This document shows, piece by piece, positions 12,327-25,904 of a stretch of 41,282 bases of DNA; the first letter of the stretch is position 1, and every line of letters starts with the position of its first letter. The stretch lies in the NCBI GenBank assembly GCA_000320545.1, contig ADNK01000836.1:1-41282 (forward strand), given 5' to 3'. This DNA comes from Bigelowiella natans CCMP2755 (Eukaryota; Protista; Cercozoa). The position numbers and the translations under genes are program-made. The notes beneath the pieces are model-generated. The model did no database searches, was not told the DNA's origin, and worked only from the letters and a program-made list of their open reading frames with translations.

Positions 12327-13562
12327 CACTTTGGCTATATATTGTACATATATACTGCATCACCTTAGTATAGTACTCTTCCTCACCCTTTGTTGTCGTG
12401 ATAGGGAAATCCTCACATCGAAGCGCTAACGATGCTCTGGTCGAGTCACTGGCAGAATCGATAAAACTCGTCGATTTCGGGGTTCGGAAGGAGTCGTCTA
12501 TTTTTTATGCGTTTTTGTCTTTGCGTGACATCTCGCCAAACCGTCATCATCATCATCATCATCATCATCATCACCGACAACAACCACCTAGCCTTGATCA
12601 TCGTCATCTCTGGTCGCCATTCAATCATCCATGCCTGCACACATACTCTTCGCGCGCGCGAGGGGCATCTCATGAGCAGATTCATCGTTGCCGCAGGTTG
12701 CAAGAAGAGTGGCGGACAACGGTGCGGCTGCTCCTGGCAATGACGATCAGAGAAAAGAAGTGAATCAGCATCACACCAACCGCTATCATCAGCATGGCCG
12801 CCGATGTGACGACGAGAAGGCAGGACCGATCCAAGGTCTCCTGCCATGATGCACACGGGCAAATCCCCAAAACAACAAACAATTGATATTTATAACAACA
12901 ACAACGACGACGACGATGACGACGATGACGACGAAATGGAGGTCTCGTACGTGTCGTTTGTTGGCTCATGTCTGTTTTTTGACCACAGGCGGCAGCAGTC
13001 CTTTGAGCGCTGCTGGGACTTTACACTTCATGGCACCGGAGGTCTCCTTCCGCGAATGATAACAGATATTGCAGAGCAGCAGCAGCAGCAGCAGCAGAGC
13101 ACAACCCCCCCCCCTCACCCCTTTCCGTCAGGTATGCACGTGGTGAGCGAGTGTGAATGTGTGTGTGTTTACGAATTAAAGGTGATGGAGTTATCTAAAA
13201 GAGCAATGAGAGGAGCGGGATGGAAGAGAAGAGGGGGGAGCTTCTCCACAACACAGCACCGTCATCACGGAGCAACCGACGGCAGTAGCATCAGCAGCAG
13301 TAGCAGCGATAGCGGTCGGGGGGGGTATCTTATCTCTGCCAAGCCCGGGGGTAAGTAGCCATCGCTGCACAACTGCTACCTGCTTCGCATCATTACAGTG
13401 CTGATTGCCATTGACGACGACTTGTGGCCCTCTCCACCACCATCCTCTCCTCCTCCTCCTTCTCCTTTTCCTCTGCCTCTTCTCTACAGAGCTGGGAAGG
13501 GTCTTAAAGGCTGCGGACATGTGGTCTCTGGGTGTCATTGCATTCCTGATGGTATGTTGTGC

Positions 13563-13595
<33 letters not shown>

Positions 13596-13988
13596 GAGGA
13601 GGAGGAGGAGGAGTAATAGGTAGTAGTAATTCTAGTAGCGGCCAAAGCAGCACGAAGCGATAGACGTTTCCTTGTAACGACGTACTCGATCCTCGCCCCC
13701 CCCCTTCCGCCCTCAACCCATCACCATCATCATTATCTTCAATCGATAAAGACTCATCACCGGTCAGGTACGAGGGTATCCTCCTTTTGACGGCCCCGAT
13801 CCAAACGTGGTATTTGCTAGTAGAGTGCCTCCTCCTCCTCCTCCTGCTGCTGCTGCTGGCGATGGTTATCAGCTTCTGGAATGGGCATGTTGGCCCGAGA
13901 GAGGGGAGGGGTGGGAGTGTTTGGAATAAATTTGAAAACGTGAGTATGCGGGGAACATATTGCGTGCGTAAATATTACAAAATGTGCA

Positions 13989-14046
<58 letters not shown>

Positions 14047-14175
14047 TATTTGACCCACCACGCCAACGATACGTCCACCATGCAGGTGGTTCGCAAGATC
14101 ATGGAAGGCAGGTCTCAGGATGATGTTTGCTTGCTGCTGCTGTATATACACATATCAACTATAGCTATGCATGCA

Positions 14176-14209
<34 letters not shown>

Positions 14210-14980
14210 AAACGTCGTCATATCACCAGGTTTGACATCGGCCCCTTCTCCGCCTGTTCGGATGAATTTCGCGATTTTATTTCCAGGCTCTTGGTACGTG
14301 CGAAGCCAGCAGTGCGATTCGTATGACTGTAGATTATGAACATGTACGTGGTCTAAAGCTTCTGCTCCTCCTCCTCCTCCTCCTCCTCCTCCTCCTCCTC
14401 ATTTTCTCTTTCTCTTCATATCATCATCATCTTCATCATCATCATCATCTTCATCATCATCATCATCATCTTCATCATCATCATCATCTTCATCATCATC
14501 ATCATCACTACCGCCACCATCACCACCACCATCTCGCTGTGTGTTGCTGAGCAGACGGTTGACCCTTACGCTCGAATGACCGTCGATGAAGCCTTACTTC
14601 ACCCGTGGATCCTTCGCACATCAAGCGGGTAGTAAGAGACGAATAAGGAGAGAAGATGGCGCAGGAGGGGGAGGAGAAGGAGGAGGAGGAGGAGGAGGAG
14701 GAGGAGGTGGTGGTGCTGCTGCTGCTGCTGCTTCTTCTTCTAGATGTCCTTATCACCCATCATCGTCGTCGTCATCGTCGTCTATGCTGTCGTGTTATCA
14801 AGAAAACGCGATCGGATCTCTGTGGACGTGCGCGCAAGCCTGCAAACGTTCTTCACCAAGTCTAGGTCGTGGGTCTTTCGGGGGGGAGGGGAGGGGGGGG
14901 GGGGGGGAATACCGAATAGCCATGGCAGCACTACTTCAGAAGAGGGGACGATGACGATGATTACGATGGTCATGATGGTT

Positions 14981-15012
<32 letters not shown>

Positions 15013-15352
15013 TGGTGATGGTGATGGTGATGATCAATAATGTGACTGCTAGCTCAGCGAAGATAATAAAGCATATACTACTCATCATGCAGGCTCAAGC
15101 GCGTCGTGGCGAAGTGCGTTCGTAATCAACTGACTGCTTCGGATGAGGTAGTACGTAGTGGTATTATCAGGAGAGTCATGTCCTCCCCTCCTCCTCCTCC
15201 TCCTCCGTCATGATGCACATTATCAGTCAGCAGTGTGGCACTGGGAGAGGCAGGCTGGCCACCTCTGCTGCAGCCTTTTATACGACTACAAAACAATATA
15301 AATCATATAATGCGCGCGCGCGCGCACACACACACACACATATTATATAATT

Positions 15353-15399
<47 letters not shown>

Positions 15400-15436
15400 T
15401 ATATCTCCCGTTCGCTGTCTGTTCTCCTTTACACTA

Positions 15437-15482
<46 letters not shown>

Positions 15483-16369
15483 ACAACCGGCCGATAAATG
15501 GCAACAATGGATTGCAGGCGTATCTGCGACAAATCTTCTTTCGATTTGACGGCGATGGGGATGGTAGGTGCATTATTGCACGTCTTATAATCTCTCTGCC
15601 ACGCCCCCCCCCCCCCCCCCCCTCCATCTCTCTCTTTCTTTCTCTACAAATACTACTACTACCACTAGTACTAATCACCCTCCTTCTCGATCATCGAAGA
15701 AGTGGGAACACGCATGGTTATTCTGACGATTGCACCGCGACACCATCGTCATCATGATGACGAGTAGCGAGTAGGACAATCATCATCATCATCTTCTTCT
15801 TCTTCTTCTTCTTCATCCATAAACGAAAAGGTGTTCTTGCGAGGGGGGAGGTCGTGAACCTCATGGCATTCTTGGGGTACTGACTATATAGCACTACTCA
15901 CTAGCACTACGGCTACTACTACTACTACTACTACCACGACTACTCTTTCTAGATGAATGGGGTGATAATTCATCAATGAATCGTCGTGTGGTTGCTGATG
16001 ATTCCTGCCCATGTTGCGTATACATCTACACGTCCTTTCCTGGGATGAAATCTCTCTCCGCTCGTTCGTCCATCCGTCCATCCGTCGCCCCCAGCCGTAT
16101 TGTCATCGTCGTCATCATTTATCATCGCATCAGTCATTGAAGAGCTCTCTTCTCTCTCTCTCTCTCTCCTCCCCCTCCCCCCCCCCCCAACCCCGTAAAT
16201 TCGGCCCTCCGGTCCCGTACGTCCCTTCCTGTACTCGGACCGAAACCGGGTAGGAGCACTTCCCCTTGCACAGAAGAAGGGGCTTCGAAAACCCAGGGGG
16301 GGGCGGAAAAAGGGGGGAGGGGGGAGACGGCTAGGGCTGGAGAGGGACACTGTAGTAACGATAGCAGTC

Positions 16370-16414
<45 letters not shown>

Positions 16415-16491
16415 TTGGAGAATTATCTTCATCATCATCATCATCATAATCATCACTTCGCAGCCGCTCGATGCTCTTGAGCACCCCCCTA

Positions 16492-16525
<34 letters not shown>

Positions 16526-16752
16526 CGATGACGATGAGACGATGATGATGATAATGATGATGATGAGGGGGATAACAACGACGTTACCGTTAATGATCCG
16601 CAATCAACAGCCGCTTTTGGAGCTGCCCTCGCCTCAGCCGTCGTCCAAGCAGCACGCGAAGAAGGTCAAGAGGGCGGCAACGATGACAGAGACGGCCGCA
16701 CACAAGAGTGCATTGGGGATAGAGAAAAACCAGGGTCGCAGCCCTGGAAGGA

Positions 16753-16788
<36 letters not shown>

Positions 16789-17365
16789 TCATGATGATGA
16801 TAACGCCCCCTTCCTTGCCAATCTCTTCTACTAGCATGACGATGGAGGAGAGGGATCCTTGGTAAGCAGCGATAAACAATCGATCACAGAACAATAGCAA
16901 TATCTTTATTGGGTTGACAATAATGACAAGAATACAGCCGCAGCCGTGCATCTCGAGCGTGCCGGCGGAGCTAGGGCTGGGTGGGTCGCCGGGAGGATAG
17001 GATAGTCGTCGAAGTGACTGATGACGATGACGATGACGATGACAGACGCAGTATGCGGTACCATCACTAACGACGATTCACACTCGACAGGCTGTTTGGC
17101 GGCAGGGGGGGCGGGATCAACTTCCAACAGTTTGAAGACCTGTACAACGCCGGTAGTATGCATGCATTAAACACATGCATGTGCTCACACCTGCACATGA
17201 CGCATCCACACATTCCCTCCGCAACAATCCGACGATAACAGCGAGGAGGAGAAGGATGAGGGTTTTAGCAGCATTCACCCATATCCCCCCCCCCAAAGAC
17301 TCCAACCAAAACGGTGTCAGTGAAGCACCGAGCACCCGACGAATTTAGCACTGCTATAGAGCTCA

Positions 17366-17438
<73 letters not shown>

Positions 17439-18232
17439 AAACGTGCAAGCAGCGTTCCGAATTATCTTAGCCTTTGTTGCATCATCCTTCATCCTCCTCC
17501 TTCCCTCCCACCCGCCGATGAAACTGATCAGGCAAGATCGCTACGTCGCAGGAGGCAATGCTCGCAACGTAAGTGTATTAAATCGGCTCTGGTTGATGAT
17601 CTTTCCCTCGCTATAGCGTTTCGCGTTCTCCTCTCTCTACCACTCATCAACAAACCCGCCACAGAGAGGGGGGGGGGGGGGGGAGAGAATATTATGTAGC
17701 AGTTCGGAAAACACGGGTGATCTCGTCGAATCACTCTCTTTCGCTCCTGCGACATGACTCTCTCGCGTTATGTCGCAGAAGAGCTGAACCCTTCGCAAAA
17801 ATGACGATTCGTCCTCCCGTACTTGTTAATATTTCCTCTCATTATCTTGACTGAACGGTTGTGTTCTCACCCGGGGCACATGGCTTTTCCTTGTCGTCGT
17901 AACTCGAAGATTTCGATGTGCGGACACGGACGGTGATGGTGTGGTGTCTTACAAGGTGGTAGTAGTAGTAGCTAGTAGCTAGTAGAAGGAGGAATAAGAA
18001 TGGAGAGTAGGAGGAGAGGGGGAGAGCTAGAGAGGGTATTGCAAAGCATTGTCGTGGTAGCTATATTGTCGCCAATCACGCGGTTGCTCTTTGTCGAGAG
18101 TGCACGTTGGCGTCGTGTGTTTCATTCTGCGCAGCCTGTGCGTGTGCGTGTGCGTGTGTGGGGGTGAGTGAAATGATTCTTGCACATATTTAACCGTCTC
18201 AGTTCGACAATGACAACACACGCACATACACG

Positions 18233-18268
<36 letters not shown>

Positions 18269-18626
18269 GGACGCGCGAAGATTCATAGAAATCGGTTTCA
18301 CACATGCCGACGAGCGAAAGATAGCTCGATCCCGCCTCAAGCGAATCTGGAATAGATTGATGGCAGTAGAAGAGGAGGAGGAGGAGGAAGGCCGGGGAGG
18401 AGTTATCACGGGCAGAAACGAAGATGATTGCAAGCATAAGTTGGAAGGAATGGGAGGAAAAGATGGCGAGACGACGTTGGGTACCGGGTGCAACACTGTC
18501 CTTGAGGTAGATCCTCCTCATGCCAAGGCCCACAGCAGCAACAATAGCAGCAGCAGCGAGGAGAGGATGAGGAGGAGGGGGAGGACCGCAACTATATCGA
18601 GAAAGAAGAAGGAGGAGCGCGGGTAA
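9723..18626 (+). CDS. Calcium-dependent protein kinase (CDPK-type: kinase, junction, EF-hands) with large low-complexity insertions; >20 exons
   Basis: Exons give HALKK / RNE-VEIM / GHPNVVSLHDAYED / IVMEFLKG / VVHRDLKPSNF / IKLVDFG / AGTLHFMAPE / AADMWSLGVIAFLM / GYPPFDG / RMTVDEALLHPWI / junction LKRVVAKCVRNQL / EF loops DGDGDGVLARGE and DTDGDGVVSYKD. Last exon ends at TAA 18626. Confidence 0.92.
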
Positions 18627-19016
18627 ATACATATTATCATAATCTATTCTACAAGAAAATAATGAGGAGGAGAGGAGACGAGTGTGATGTGAAGCAACTC
18701 GTTAGCCATTGTTTTTACACCGTTGCTCGAAATGCCAGCATCGATGTCGCGAAACCTTTTTGTTGCCCTCCTCAGCTCATCATTCACATGTATTTGGGCT
18801 CATTGTATCGAAAGGATATCGTTCGTGGAATGGATGTTGGCGATGCAGGAGGTAGAGTCGGAATAATCGGGTTTTCGTTGGTGTCGTGAATTGCAAATCA
18901 TCAATATTTCGTTCCTCCATGCACATAGAACATTCTGTACATGGTTTCCATTTGTTTAGTTTTCGTTGTAACAAAAATAGGGCGAGAACGTAGTGCTTGA
19001 TTTACAGGATACCATG

Positions 19017-19087
<71 letters not shown>

Positions 19088-19096
19088 GGATGTATG

Positions 19097-19159
<63 letters not shown>

Positions 19160-19239
19160 ATGTGTGTGTGTTGTATACAATTGAGAACCACGTGCATCCC
19201 GCAGGTCGATGTCCCTTTAATCTTGTCGCAATTCATCCC

Positions 19240-20430
19240 ACACAAGACAGTTGGCATAACGATTGCTTACGCCGGACTTGCAGTTGTGCTTTCGAGGCTT
19301 CATTACACTGATGACTAGAATAGCTTCTACTGCGAGGTCGTGCTAAATAAATCTAGACATGTCTACCATAAATCTAGACAATTTTGTTGCGTACAAGCAC
19401 CATTGTGACTGGACACTGTATTTGTTGATCTTCACATCGAGAAATGTGTGCCATGGGCCGTTGTGCTCGACATGACTAGATGAGGATGCGCAGCTTTTCT
19501 TGAGATGTCGAATGACATTGACATGCGCGTTTGCATCCTGAATGCACAGCATGCATGTGTTCCACTAAGCTAGCTAGGGCCATGCACGTACGTGAACGTT
19601 TAGATGGAACGCACCCGCCGCCCCGCCAAAAAAATGACAATGTCAAGAGGAGAGAAAGAGGGAAGTGTTGGAAGTGTTTGCACGTGCCAGCTGTCAACCA
19701 GCATGGTCATTTCCACGATGCACGGACAACACGCTGCGTTGCTGTGAAGACGCTCCTCAAGGTTCAAGGTTCCATGAATGAATGAATGAACTTGATGAAG
19801 ATCACACTTCCAAAACGTGACGGGACGTTTGCAAAGTGCGAAACGCAGTCTGGCAGTGCCAGAGCTAGAGAGTGCCTCGAGCCAAACCCAGAGAGGTCTT
19901 GAATCTGGTGCACGATGCCATGACAAAGCTGCAGCACTCGGAGTCAATGTGTTGACTCATGCATGATGTGGATGCTGCTCTGGACTGGACAAACATTGCT
20001 TCCGTGCCCTTTCCACGCACAACAGGCAGCGCTTGACAGCCCTGCTAGCCTGCTAGCCTGCTGGCCTGCTGGCCTGCCAACTCTCCTGTCCACCAACTTT
20101 GAGCCTGAGGGCATGCCAAGTAGAACTTTGACCTTGTGGGAGTCATCGCTGTCTTCGAACGCCAACCCAACAAAACGGTTTAGCGAACCCAGCTAGCCAG
20201 GGCGGACCAAACTTTGCACAACATTGCCTCTCGAAGCACAACAGTGTCTGCTAGTCTGGTGTGGGCACAATGCAACAACAGGTGACGAAGATCCTCCACA
20301 GCGCCCGAGCCACACATGTAACAACATGCTGCTTCGGCTGGGAGGTTGTGAATTCTAGCCATCACTCCGGTCCTTTGCCCAATTGTCCTTGCCCTGAGAA
20401 CATGAGCAATGATCATGTGGGTGATCAAGG
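19240..20430. other. CATG/TGCA/CTAG-rich intergenic island 3 (contains the LINE remnant)
   Basis: Same composition; downstream of the CDPK stop. Confidence 0.7.
19760..20430 (-). mobile_element. 5'-truncated, decayed non-LTR retrotransposon (LINE) 3' end
   Basis: ORF 20180-20428 contains LRART...CYMCGSGAVEDLRHLLLHC, the CCHC zinc finger found C-terminal to RT in many LINE ORF2 proteins. The frame continues through stops. A candidate tail of (TTCA)4 then (GAACCTT)2 lies at ~19758-19790. No RT core is visible. Confidence 0.7.
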
Positions 20431-20929
20431 TGAATGTGTGAATTGCGAAGAGCTGAAAGAGAGAGAATCTGTGAAAAAGAAGGCAAAAAGAAGAAAAAGA
20501 AAACGAGAAAACGAGAAAACATAGTCCATCGAACGATGAAAATCAAATGGGGAAAATGTACTGCGACAACCTATATGTGCTCAACCCAGCGAGAACGCCA
20601 TCTATGAAGGGCCCAAGAAATGCGCACTTCCGAAGTTCTCCCGTGCATTTAGCCCCCCACAAGAGCACGGGAAGTTGTCCAACCGCGATGTCCGAAGTTG
20701 TCGCAGGCGCACAACCCCCTGTCTTAGCATGGCGGCAGCGCTCTTGCATGCTCTTTAGTGACGTGGGCGACAAGGGAACGCAGGGCGTTCTCGCCGGAAA
20801 TCAAGGGGATTAGACAGCGATTGGGTCTCTTGGGAAGGGTGGGGTGGGGGGTCGACGTCGGCTCGACAAGAGAACACTCTTTTCCTCCCAGAACCCGCTC
20901 TCTCACCGGTGTCTAGACTGTTTTCCAAG

Positions 20930-21674
20930 ATGGCCCGCAGCAACTTCGCCTTCCTTGCCCTCTGCGCAGTGGTACGTTTCTCTCCTTACTATCTTGCACC
21001 TGGTGTTGCCCTGTGCTCAAGAGGAAAGGTGTGACGTTCTGTCTATGTTTTCTTGTTCTGTCTATGTTTTCTTAGCTCTCCGTTGCATGCTACTTCGCAT
21101 TCCTTCATGAACCCCGCCTCCAAATGGCTCCTGTCCGTGCACGCATGGCATCCCGCAGCGTGGCTACCCACGGTAATTATGAAGGTCCACTGGATCATGT
21201 TGTACTAGAGGAAGGAATGTGCGTGTAATTTTATAACGTTGTTTGTAATCGATCGGGAGAGGAGGGAGATTTCACGTTCTTGACGAGACCCAAATGTGAA
21301 AGAGATCGATTTGTATTATGTAATGTAGCCGCGAAAGGGGCTCTTGGATCTTGGGGAGATCTGATCTCAAAGAATGCTAAGGGAGGTGGAATGCCAAAGA
21401 AAGTCGTTACTGAGAAGACGTGGTGGAACTGCCTTGACCCAAAGTGGAAGAAGGGTGGCGCTGGATCGGTACTCGATTGATTGATACATGAGACAATTAT
21501 GCGTCTAAAATATACAAAAAATTCGACATTGATCATGGGCATTTAGAAAGAGATTCGAGTCGTATTTTAAGATTGCATACTAAGTTTTTGTTTCTTTGGG
21601 GTGTGTGTGTATGTGTGTAGAACTCCGAGGCTCAGCAATGGATCAACGGGTGGAAGAGTAAGGTTGGCAAGTAA
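20930..21674 (+). CDS. 110-aa protein with bipartite (signal + transit peptide) plastid-targeting presequence; function unknown
   Basis: Four phase-consistent GT-AG exons (20930-20971, 21076-21172, 21329-21468, 21621-21674): MARSNFAFLALCAVLSVACYFAFLHEPRLQMAPVRARMASRSVATHAAKGALGSWGDLISKNAKGGGMPKKVVTEKTWWNCLDPKWKKGGAGSNSEAQQWINGWKSKVGK*. Confidence 0.82.
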
Positions 21675-21859
21675 ATAGTTGAACTTCAGACCGTAGCAGC
21701 TCCTCGAGAAACTTCACAAAAGAAACGGATTGGAGAATGTACTGGCTTTGTATAGTTCTATCCGTGAAAATGCATAGAAAACCCAAGTATCGAAACAATA
21801 TACTTGTTTCATTTATCATTTAATCTGTTCATGAAACCAATTACAATGATGTATCTATT

Positions 21860-22610
21860 TCACGAGCCATACTAGCATGAGGCACGTACGCGGACGTATC
21901 ATGTAACGCATCGTCTCTAGCGTTCATTCGATTAATGCCATCCGATTAATGCCACTGAAATTTCTGCATGCTGTGGCATGTTCGCGGTTGCCGGTGTCCA
22001 TTGCTAGATTGAGCTAGCTTGGGTAGAATAACGAATGTACACGTTGTCGTCTAGCCGTACATCGCGCATCTACCTAAGATGTGTCGTGCTCACATGACTA
22101 GATGATAATCGTGCTGTGTAGATCGATCATGCATGGAATACATGTAGACATTGTATAGATGAAATCTTATTCATACGCTATTTGTCTATTTCGTGTGCAT
22201 CATGTAATAGGGACTACAAGTCCATATGCATGTACGGCATGGTATATGGTTGCAATCGACAATGACAGCTACAGCAGATGATTCATGCATCGGGGGATGA
22301 CCTCTTTTGCACACACGTCTAGACGTCTAGACATGCAGATCACACGTGCATATGCATGCACATTTTTCAATGAGTGCAATTGCGAGCACGTCTAGCAGAC
22401 GTCGACACATTGCTAGCTTGCGACCTCTAGCTAGCCAGCTAGATAGCCACACATTGCATCAACATAAACTTCGAGTCATTGTTGCACGTCTCTAGGTCTA
22501 TCATGCACCTCTTGATCCAGATGCTTGCTAGCTTGGCGCTTGTACTTGTTGTGCGATGCACATTTACCTGCTTTCTTGCCATTTAGTAGTAGCTAGCTGG
22601 CGCTACGACC
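21860..22610. other. CATG/TGCA/CTAG-rich intergenic island 4
   Basis: Strongest example (ctagctagccagctagatag, gtgcatatgcatgcac); lies between convergent stops at 21674 and 22630. Confidence 0.75.
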
Positions 22611-22629
22611 TTGGGCAATTTTTACAAAG

Positions 22630-22842
22630 TCAGTAATGCCATTGCTTGTACTCTCTGTTTGTGCTCAGCCCCTGAGCCATTCCCAAGTTTAAGTAGCTGA
22701 TGAGAATTTATGAAGCTAGTGGTGAGATAGTGAGGGAGTCGATCGTAGTCCACATACATGATCACAGGTAACACCCCAGGCAAATCAACCGAACGAAGAC
22801 CTCCTGGGTTCCTCCCCCGTGCATGACTATGAATCATGATCG

Positions 22843-22888
<46 letters not shown>

Positions 22889-23697
22889 AATCATCATTGT
22901 CATTAGTGACGGGGTCTTGAGCGTGAGAGGACAACGTGCGCAGCAAAAACAACGGTAAAAACTTAAGATTCCGAAGCTCTTTAAAAAAACTACCCCTCGT
23001 TGATCTGTAAAGAAAAAGCCCCTCCCCGACCCGAGGTGCCTCTCTGTGCAAACGATGAGGAGGAACGAAGGGAACGGGATAGGATTAGAAGCTTTTCACC
23101 GACGTATTCACTTATTGTGTCGATGCAAACTGCTTTGGGTTTGCGAAAAGAGAGAAAGGGATTGCAAAGCGCCATTGGCTCTCATTGGGAACACACAGAT
23201 TATGTAACCGTGCCCATATAACAACAAAAAAATTATCCGTGTTCCTAGATCGTCGTCGTCGTTCTTGCTATCGTGTCTACCTGTACCGTCGCCCTCATCC
23301 CCTTCTCTATCCTGCTTTCTCCCTTTTCACGCCCCTCCTGCTGCCAAGGGGCGCGACAATAGGGGCACATAGGCTGCTGGTTGCGCTTGCGTTGGCTGAT
23401 ACAGTACCGATCGATGCATTCGGTGTGCACGTTCTGCCCGCACTGAGCCTGCATGAAAAGGTAGGGCCAAGAGTGACGTGATGCTGAGCATGATGATGAT
23501 GACGATGATGGTGATTGAGGAGCATGGAAAACACAAAAAGTAGTGCGAACTACAACGAAATCCGTGAAGAACGACACCTTGCAATACGTAACCTCCTCGG
23601 CTGGCACCCCCTCAAGGTCGTCCATGCAAATAGGGCACTCGCCCTTTATCTATCGCGGAAAGAAAGAAGGATACCTCAGTTTTGGCACGCGAGTGCG

Positions 23698-23740
<43 letters not shown>

Positions 23741-24937
23741 TGTGGGATATATATGGGTGTGGTGCTCGTCTTTAAGTGTAAAAATAATAAATAGTTGAAT
23801 GGTAATAGTGAGTGTCCTTAGCGCGAATGTGCATAACTACCTCTTTACGAATGGAGCTGCTGCTGCTACTGCTGCTGCTGCTGCTACTGTTCTTATTGCT
23901 GGATGTTCCATGGTCTTTTGCTGTCTTCCCCTTTTCTTCGTCATCGCCACGGCCCTTCTCGTCGTCGCCCAGAGCACCTTTTTCGTTGACAGAAGTTACT
24001 TTTGAAAAAGAGAGCTGAGGAGACGGACTATTTGGTGCTGGCCTGGCGCTGATGACTCACGGGGATCAACACACACACACACACACACACAAACACAAAC
24101 GCATACACCAGGATGGAAATTGCAATAAGCGCAGGTAGTAGCTGGGAGCAGCACGCACCTGTTAAAATGCTATAGGCCCGCTGTACTCGCGTGTTCGCAC
24201 GTATTCCCCGACTCCGTTCCCCTCCACCATGATCTTCATGTCGGCTTGGAGCAGCAGCGAAGATCCCCTTCAATTCATCCTTAAAAACAGAAGGGAGTAG
24301 AACAAGGTTGGGAAAGAATCGCCGTCGCCGTCGTCATCGTCGTAGTCGTAGTAGTAGCAGCGGTAGAAAATGATTAAAGACACGAACGTGGAGAGGGGTG
24401 CTCAATTGATCGATACGCAAAGCAAGCAGAACTGCGAAAGAACTACGGGAGAAATACAAGATGAGAAGAAAGAGGAGGAAGCACAAAAGGATTGGGGAGG
24501 GGGGGCAGGGGGGAGAGGGGGAGGAGGAAGAGCGGATACTTCTAAAAGGCCTTTTTGATAGATAAGCGGCGAAGATGGCGGCAACCTGAGCACCTAAATG
24601 ATGAGATGGTTGAATTGAAGAAGAAGAAGAAGAAGATGATGACGATGATGATGACGACAACGATGATGACTTAGTATTAAGACAACAACGTGTCAGATTA
24701 CAAAGCAAAACAACCATAGCACCTTGAGATAGATGAAAAGGATGTGTTTGCACAGGTTTCCTTTCAGGAAATCAGGGCACGTGCACGAAGGCCTTTGTGA
24801 GATGTTCACGCCGTATATGTTCCCTTGAGCAAGCAGCAGAGAGGAAAATCCGTTAGAAATAATGATTTATTACAATCGAATATATGAGCGATGATGATCC
24901 TGACAAATGTACTACTAGGTAGCGTTGCAGTTCGCAC

Positions 24938-24971
<34 letters not shown>

Positions 24972-25873
24972 TGTATCATTGCGTGTGCTGCGTAAAACCT
25001 GTGGAACCCATGACTGCATACTCGCGGCAGAAGTCGTTAATGTGGTCGGAAGATACGAGAAATAAACGTTGACTGGAGGATAGTAATGGTGTGCATTAAT
25101 GCTACGATTCTGCTAGATCAGTATTCGTAGACGCTTTCTTCTAGCTCATAAATTCCAAACACGTTTCACACGGGCGATAGTACAGACGTCACGTTCATAC
25201 AACACGATATGTAGCTACAAATTTGTGACCTCCGAGCTCGTTCGATCCTATCTCTTGTCTTCGAATTCGGCTTCGATCGCCATCGGCAAATTCGTTTTTC
25301 CTTTGTTCTTATCCGTTCCGCCTTGTTCGGTCTCGGCAGTGACATTTTGGGTAAGGAGGAGGAGGACAAGGAGGGTGGTGATGATGGCGATTTTACACTT
25401 GTAGCCGTGAGCGGGAAAAATGTCTGCTGCCTAGTAGTCGTTCGAGGAGTTCCACACATGATGCAGCAAGCATTTGCCAACCTACGATCGTACAAAAGCA
25501 AGGGGAAGGAAGGGGGTGGGTCACGAGAGGGTGGTGGGAGTTGTTGCAGCCAATTTTACTGGTTGTGGAAGGTGCACGCCTCACATCCCCAGATTTCTGC
25601 AAGAGAAAAATGTTTTGGTCAGCACGAGGAAGGAAGTTAGTCTGATCATCTCATTCTTACCACTAATCGTTGTATGGGGGCGATAGAGCAACGCAGCGGC
25701 CGTCTCGTCGTCCATTAACCATCCCTCGTTACAGGTTCTCGCTTTCGTCTTGGTTTTCATTCCTCTGAGTTCATGTTTTCCGCGTCGTTTCGCCGATCCC
25801 CTCGCTACTTCTACTTTTTCGTCATTGTCGTCGTCGCCATGAGTCAAGTCGATGACATCCCTCCTTACCCTGG

Positions 25874-25904
<31 letters not shown>

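Noticed and set aside
19531-19785. Plus-strand ORF with CWKC...HGH...C resembling a gag zinc knuckle
   Set aside because: The spacing does not fit CX2CX4HX4C, and Cys/His codons are inflated by the TGCA/CATG bias of the island.
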